DNA of 56,237 nucleotides from Atribacterota bacterium (GTDB taxonomy: Bacteria > Atribacterota > Phoenicimicrobiia > Phoenicimicrobiales > Stramentimicrobiaceae), in NCBI GenBank assembly GCA_040767965.1, contig JAXGNR010000012.1, positions 1-56,237 on the forward strand, written 5' to 3'. The notes below the pieces were generated by a model. It was not told the DNA's origin. It did no database searches and was given only the letters and a program-made list of their open reading frames with translations. This document shows, piece by piece, positions 50,823 to 56,237 of this stretch. Position numbers and translations under genes: made by a program. Position 1 is the first letter of the stretch. Each line of letters begins with the position of its first letter.

Positions 50823-53714
50823 ATGAAAATAGAACAATTAGAGTATTTTGGAATTCCTTCTTATTTAGTAGAAATTTGGAAAAAACATTATTCACCTTCT
50901 TTATTACCTGTACAGGAAAAGGCAGTTTGTAATTTTAATCTTTTACAACACAATTCTGTTTTTGAATCAGAAAATTTAAATGGTAAAAATCACGACTTTA
51001 AAAACCTGCTGGTTATTTCACCAAGTTCTTCAGGTAAAACATTCCTGGCTGAAATGGCTATTATGCAGCAAGTCTGTTTAAATAGAAAAGCCCTTTTTCT
51101 GGTCCCTTTACGTGCTTTGGCTGAGGAAAAATATCAGCATTTTGTTAAGCTATATCAAGAAATCGGTTTAAAAATAATTCTATCTTCCAGAGATCACAGA
51201 AAGGATGATAAAAATATAATTAATGGTAATTTTCATGTTGCTATTGTTGTTTATGAAAAATTCTATTACTTTCTTCTACAATATCCTCAATTTTTAAGCA
51301 ATGTATTTTTAATAATTGCAGATGAAGCGCAGCTAATACAGGACTTCCAGCGAGGACCCAGTTTGGAAAATAATTTTAATTATGTAAAAAATAATTTCCC
51401 CCACATCAGGATAATTGCCCTTTCAGCTTTTCTGGAAAATTTTCACAGATATGCCAAATGGTTATCAGCAACTGTTCTATTTTCAAAATACAGGCCGGTC
51501 GAATTACAAAAAGGCATCGTGCGGAAAGGAATTTTTAGATATGTTGAGCACAACACTGGTACCAAAGGAGAGGATATTTTTTTCTCACCCCAAAAAGCTC
51601 AGGAATGTAATTTGGCTAGTTATTTAAAAAATACTTTACTGTACCTGCTGAATTTTAATGAATCAAGTTTAGTCTTTTTCTCTACCAAAAAAGAGGTCCG
51701 ATTATGGACTAGTTGGCTGGCAGATCAATTCTCTTTGCCTCCTGCAAAAAGCGTTATTGATAAACTGAAAACTATGGAAAATTCTACTTCCCGGGAAGAA
51801 TTGATTTTTTTCCTGCAAAAAGGGATCAGTTACCATTGCGCAGATCTGTCATGGCAAGAGAGACATTTTATCGAGGAAGGAATTAGAAATAGTGATATTA
51901 AGATAATTTGCGCAACAGGGACTCTTTCTATGGGAGTTAATTTACCGGTAAATAATGTAATTATGACCGGACAGAAAGTTGTATTAAAAGAAGATATCTA
52001 TTCAAATAAATTCTACCACAAAAAAACTCTTTCCCTCTCTGAAGTAGAAAATATGGGAGGACGAGCTGGTCGTTTTAATCAGAAAAATAATTTTGGAAGG
52101 ATGATTTTTTTGGCTCCTTCTTTTATTGAATTAACTTCCTATCAAAAATTATATTTCCAAGTCCAGGAAGATACTTCACCGGAAATAAGTTATATTTGTA
52201 GGGAAACTGATGAAGCCCAATCGTCAATATTAACAAAAAATATGAAAATAGAAGAAGATTTAATGACTTTTTTGCTCCAGCAAATTGCCTTTACTTCTCA
52301 ACCTATAAAAGATCTTCTCTCTTTAATTCATAATAAAAAACAAACCCAAAATGATAATCTCTGGCAATATTCTTTTTCCGGCAAAATAACTAAAAAAGAG
52401 CTGTGGGAAAAGCTGCACCAATTGGTAAAACAAAATTTAATTCATGTTTATAATAAAAAGTTTTGTAAGCTTACAGAATTGGGTAAATTGATAGTTTCAA
52501 AAGGAATTTCCTATAAAACATACACACATTTTTTGTATTGGCTAAACTCAAAAAAAAATAGTGGGATTAATGAATTGGAAATTATTCTTCTGCTTGCCCA
52601 ATGTGCTGATGGTGAAGAAATCTATATCAGTGGATTGAATAATACCCCTAATGGAAAACAAAAAACATTTTTTAACAAACAATTAGAATGTTTGCGTATC
52701 CGATTATTGAATCTGGTATTTGAACAAAACGAGGAACACAAGCTAATTTTTCAAAAATTACTTCGTTTTGATAAAAATTCACACTTATTCCAAAATCAAA
52801 AATCAACCAGAAATAATTTATTAATTATGAAAATAACTCTACTGATGTATGATTGGATTAACAACAGGGAGATCAGAGAAATAGAAGAAGAATATGGTCT
52901 TTTAAAAGGATCCGTTAAAAATATTGGAGAGAGATTTTCCTGGCTTGCTGATACTTTATCGGCGATGATGACAAAGATAAATCAAGGTGAATATAAAATC
53001 AATGACCTAAAAAAAGTAAGACAAATCTCTTACAGGTTAAATACAGGCATCAGAACTCCAGACATTCCTTTATCTAAACTACAAATACCAGGTCTTACTC
53101 GAGGCTATATTCAAAAATTAGTACAGGAAGGATACAATAATGCCCGCTGCTTGCAAGAACTGAATATAGCAGATCTTGAAAAAATACTACCCCCTTTGCT
53201 TGCAAGAAATATAAAAGACAATTTTAATTTTCCTGAAAAAGGGAAATTTCTTTCTTCTAATAGCAAAATTCAATTACAATTATCAAAAAGAAAGACTAGT
53301 GATGATATTAATACTCCTGCTTCTACTCATGATGCTTTTCTCCAGGATAATAATGTAGTAAAAGAAATAGATATAATTATTGACAATTATCGTCCAGATA
53401 AAATTTTATTCTGCAGTTCGGATATAAAGGTTAATAAAATTAGTTTTCAGCTTATTTCTCTGCTGGCAGATAATCAAGGTAAAATGATTTCTTATGACGA
53501 AATTATTGATAATCTATGGCCAGCTGATGAAGATGCTACCTATCATAGGCTCTGGTATCATCTGGGAAAGCTGAGAAATGGTATTAAATCAATAATTAAA
53601 AATCAAAACATCTCAGGTTCTCCAGAAAAATATATCCAGGAAAAAATATTAAAGGTTTTTCCAGGAAGAGGCCTGCTGCTTGACGCAAAGATCCTGGTAA
53701 AAATAAAAAACTAA
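50823..53714 (+). CDS. Ski2/Hel308-like SF2 DNA helicase with a C-terminal winged-helix domain
   Basis: LLPVQ, SPSSSGKT, VPLRALAEEK, DEAQ, ALSA, RPVEL, TLSMGVNLP, MGGRAGR, LTELGK, HhH-like region; C-terminal YDEIIDNLW..LGKLR..PGRGLLL. Confidence 0.85.
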   Translation: MKIEQLEYFGIPSYLVEIWKKHYSPSLLPVQEKAVCNFNLLQHNSVFESENLNGKNHDFKNLLVISPSSSGKTFLAEMAIMQQVCLNRKALFLVPLRALAEEKYQHFVKLYQEIGLKIILSSRDHRKDDKNIINGNFHVAIVVYEKFYYFLLQYPQFLSNVFLIIADEAQLIQDFQRGPSLENNFNYVKNNFPHIRIIALSAFLENFHRYAKWLSATVLFSKYRPVELQKGIVRKGIFRYVEHNTGTKGEDIFFSPQKAQECNLASYLKNTLLYLLNFNESSLVFFSTKKEVRLWTSWLADQFSLPPAKSVIDKLKTMENSTSREELIFFLQKGISYHCADLSWQERHFIEEGIRNSDIKIICATGTLSMGVNLPVNNVIMTGQKVVLKEDIYSNKFYHKKTLSLSEVENMGGRAGRFNQKNNFGRMIFLAPSFIELTSYQKLYFQVQEDTSPEISYICRETDEAQSSILTKNMKIEEDLMTFLLQQIAFTSQPIKDLLSLIHNKKQTQNDNLWQYSFSGKITKKELWEKLHQLVKQNLIHVYNKKFCKLTELGKLIVSKGISYKTYTHFLYWLNSKKNSGINELEIILLLAQCADGEEIYISGLNNTPNGKQKTFFNKQLECLRIRLLNLVFEQNEEHKLIFQKLLRFDKNSHLFQNQKSTRNNLLIMKITLLMYDWINNREIREIEEEYGLLKGSVKNIGERFSWLADTLSAMMTKINQGEYKINDLKKVRQISYRLNTGIRTPDIPLSKLQIPGLTRGYIQKLVQEGYNNARCLQELNIADLEKILPPLLARNIKDNFNFPEKGKFLSSNSKIQLQLSKRKTSDDINTPASTHDAFLQDNNVVKEIDIIIDNYRPDKILFCSSDIKVNKISFQLISLLADNQGKMISYDEIIDNLWPADEDATYHRLWYHLGKLRNGIKSIIKNQNISGSPEKYIQEKILKVFPGRGLLLDAKILVKIKN

Positions 53715-53787
53715 AACATTTTTGCATTTTAAAATAATAACTCTTAAAATATGATAGCATGAATATTGATTTAATTACTCAGGAATA

Positions 53788-54711
53788 TTGAGAATAATGA
53801 ATAATAACACATTTAAAGAACAACTCAACAATAGAACAAAAAAAGGGATATTAATAGCATCATTATCTCTTGTTTCCAATCTAGTGCTGGCAATTTTTAA
53901 ATACTGGATAGGAATTCAGCTTGCTTCTATTGCCATCCTGGCAGAAACCTGGCACACTTTAAGCGACTCCCTTACTTCTTTTATGGTAATTATAGGATTT
54001 AGAATGGGAGCAAAACCACCTGACAAACAGCACCCCTTTGGTCATGGACAGACTGAAACAATCTCTTCCCTTATTATAGCTATTATCCTGTCATTAGTAG
54101 CTTTTAATTTTTTTGTTAAATCAATTAACAGATTATTGCAACAGCAGTCAGTGCAATACAATAAGACTGCCCTTTTTATCTTTATTATTTCTTTAATAGT
54201 AAAAGAGGTAATGGCTCAGATTTCTATCAAAACCGGCAAAAAAATTGACTCTGACTCATTGATTGCTGATGGCTGGCATCACCGCAGCGATGCCCTGGCT
54301 TCCCTGATTGTTATCATTGGTATTGTTCTTAATCCTTATTTCTGGTGGGCCGATGGTTTTATGGGAATGATTGTTTCTCTTATTATTGCCAAAATAGCCT
54401 TTGATATTCTAAAAGACACTACAAGTATTCTTATTGGAGAAAAACCAGAGGAATTGTTTCTTGAAAAACTGGAAAATATAATCAGAAAAGACGCTCCTTA
54501 TAATGTGCAACTACATCATATTCATTTGCATCGTTATGGAAATCATCGGGAATTAACATTTCATATTGTGTTGCCAGGAGAAATGAAACTAAAGCAGGCA
54601 CATAAAATTGCTACTCAACTTGAGGAAAAAATTAATTCTGAGATGTCAGTAGAAACCACTATTCATATAGAAAGTTCAGATGATAAACCTGTTAATAAAA
54701 AAGTTATTTGA
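53788..54711 (+). CDS. Cation diffusion facilitator (FieF-like)
   Basis: HTLSD, PPDKQHPFGH, ADGWHHRSD, AHKIA, IHIE. Confidence 0.92.
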   Translation: MRIMNNNTFKEQLNNRTKKGILIASLSLVSNLVLAIFKYWIGIQLASIAILAETWHTLSDSLTSFMVIIGFRMGAKPPDKQHPFGHGQTETISSLIIAIILSLVAFNFFVKSINRLLQQQSVQYNKTALFIFIISLIVKEVMAQISIKTGKKIDSDSLIADGWHHRSDALASLIVIIGIVLNPYFWWADGFMGMIVSLIIAKIAFDILKDTTSILIGEKPEELFLEKLENIIRKDAPYNVQLHHIHLHRYGNHRELTFHIVLPGEMKLKQAHKIATQLEEKINSEMSVETTIHIESSDDKPVNKKVI

Positions 54712-54828
54712 AAAATGACTTTGTAGGCTTAGTTGAATTCTATAAATTTTATTTATGGATTATAATGCTGTATTAATAATTTTTATCTTATTATAAAGAA
54801 TAATTTTATTAAAAGGAAAAAATTACAA

Positions 54829-55962
54829 TTGACAATAAACAAATTGAATCACAACACAGAAAAAATATCCATGATCTCAGGAGAATTTACTGAACCAAAA
54901 CTGGAACAAGAATTTTTCTCCTACATGTTAGAAGAAACCATTGAACATTTTAGCCACAATTTGCTAATTATAAGCCTTTTATTTCTACTGTTTATTATTC
55001 CTGATTATTTTCTTATTGCGGAAAAAACAAGATTTAATATTATATTTCTTATCAGAATACTCTTTTTCCTATTATCTGTCCTTTACTATTTCCGCATTCA
55101 TTATATGCCTGATAATCTCTATGTTTTTTCGACAGTATATGAAATTTTCGGGGCAATTTTATTCTGGGGATTACTGATTTTTTATGAGCACCCGGATGTC
55201 ATGATACATCAACAGGGACTTATTGTTGTGATTTTGGCCATCTTTTTTATTATTCCAAATAGGTTTTGTATAAAAACATTAATGTCAATTATCGTTTTAA
55301 CTGTTTTTTTTCTAATTGCATTTTTTAGAGGATTGCTTTCTGTATCGAGTTCTTCCTGGGGATTACTGATTTTTTCTGGATTGGTTTTTGTCTTTTGTGC
55401 TATGACTACCAGAAGAATAAATAGATTGTATAGAATTCAATTTCAAAATAGCCTGGAATTAGCCAAAATATCCAATACTGATACATTAACTGGTGCTTAT
55501 AATCGATTAAAATACGATGAAGAGCTAAAAAGAGAAATATCCCGTGCTCACAGATACCAGCTTGCCCTTTCCGGCATTATGTTTGATCTGGATAATTTTA
55601 AAAAAATCAATGATGAGTTTGGTCACCTGGAAGGAGATAAGGTGCTAAAAAAAGTGACTCTTCTCATTCAAAATATAATCAGGGAAAATGACCAGCTATT
55701 CCGCTGGGGCGGAGAAGAATTTATTATACTGCTTCCGAATACTGAACTAAATTCTGCCATCCAAATGGCACAGCGGATTAAAGATAGCATAAGTAATGAA
55801 CAGTACTTTTCGACTAAATCACTTACCTGTAGCTTTGGAGTTACCTCGTTAATGAAAGATGATACAGAAGTAAGTTTTACTAATCGGCTTGACAAACTGC
55901 AATATCAGGCAAAAAATAAAGGGAAAGACTGTATTGTTGCTGATTTACTAGGTAATATTTAA
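54829..55962 (+). CDS. Membrane-anchored diguanylate cyclase
   Basis: TM N-terminus; DTLTGAYNR, DLDNFKKIND, RWGGEEF. Confidence 0.92.
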   Translation: MTINKLNHNTEKISMISGEFTEPKLEQEFFSYMLEETIEHFSHNLLIISLLFLLFIIPDYFLIAEKTRFNIIFLIRILFFLLSVLYYFRIHYMPDNLYVFSTVYEIFGAILFWGLLIFYEHPDVMIHQQGLIVVILAIFFIIPNRFCIKTLMSIIVLTVFFLIAFFRGLLSVSSSSWGLLIFSGLVFVFCAMTTRRINRLYRIQFQNSLELAKISNTDTLTGAYNRLKYDEELKREISRAHRYQLALSGIMFDLDNFKKINDEFGHLEGDKVLKKVTLLIQNIIRENDQLFRWGGEEFIILLPNTELNSAIQMAQRIKDSISNEQYFSTKSLTCSFGVTSLMKDDTEVSFTNRLDKLQYQAKNKGKDCIVADLLGNI

Positions 55963-55997
55963 GTTTGTTTGTGTTGGGAGAGGGGAAAGATGAGAAG

Positions 55998-56215
55998 TAA
56001 TAATGCAGAATTGCAAGTTTGGAATAGTGCAATACTGGAAGAATGGAAAAGTTCAAAGATTGGAATAATGCAAGAGAAAAGATTATTTGCTTGGAAAATT
56101 GCAATAATGGAATTATGGAATAAAAAAACCTAGGACTAAGAGTAGAATAATGCAATATCGCATCAATGGGAAATATAGGAAGCAAAATGGAAGATTGGAA
56201 GGATTAAATATTGGA
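55998..56215. repeat. Degenerate ~8-mer purine-rich tandem repeat (TGGAATAA/TGGAAGAA/TGCAATAA)
   Basis: tggaatag tgcaatac tggaagaa tggaaaag ... tgcaataa tggaatta tggaataa. Confidence 0.6.
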
Positions 56216-56237
56216 AAATTTTCCTGTTGTTAGTATA

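Noticed and set aside
55880-56185. 101-aa ORF on the minus strand
   Set aside because: It is the translation of the octamer repeat (LHYS units) and overlaps the GGDEF gene end
55998-56237. CRISPR array
   Set aside because: No constant repeat with unique spacers, and no cas genes

Overview
AT-rich chromosomal window from an anaerobic bacterium. The gene style and Firmicutes-like LexA/Rex boxes would fit Atribacterota/JS1 or a clostridial-type organism, but this is inference only. Left to right: partial Type I restriction subunit HsdR; a heavily frameshifted kdpD-kdpE-trkH potassium module; a Rex-boxed group A [FeFe]-hydrogenase plus ECF S-component; a Mo/W locus (9.4-17.5 kb) with TWO Moco-family riboswitches; cobCTUS; tldD/pmbA; yhaM; tRNA-Leu(CAG); lipoate ligase; acyl-CoA synthetase; two sugar-acid catabolic cassettes (TRAP + enolase + UxaA + SDR + LarA, and RpiR + aldolase + TctABC + 2-hydroxyacid dehydrogenase) separated by an IS; an internally deleted SLC13 gene; a candidate anti-Shine-Dalgarno sRNA; an SOS-boxed Hel308/Ski2-like helicase with a C-terminal wHTH; a CDF transporter; and a diguanylate cyclase. 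The most promising undescribed system is the Mo/W locus. A P3-lacking (tungsten-cofactor-type) riboswitch controls an Ig-like secreted protein, a FecCD/Btu-type ABC importer and a truncated TiaS-like enzyme. A P3-containing riboswitch controls wtpB/wtpA and a Sec-exported tandem molybdopterin-binding-domain protein. Together they suggest cofactor or oxyanion scavenging and processing. Many frameshifts look like long-read indel errors. All calls come from reading the sequence, without database searches.
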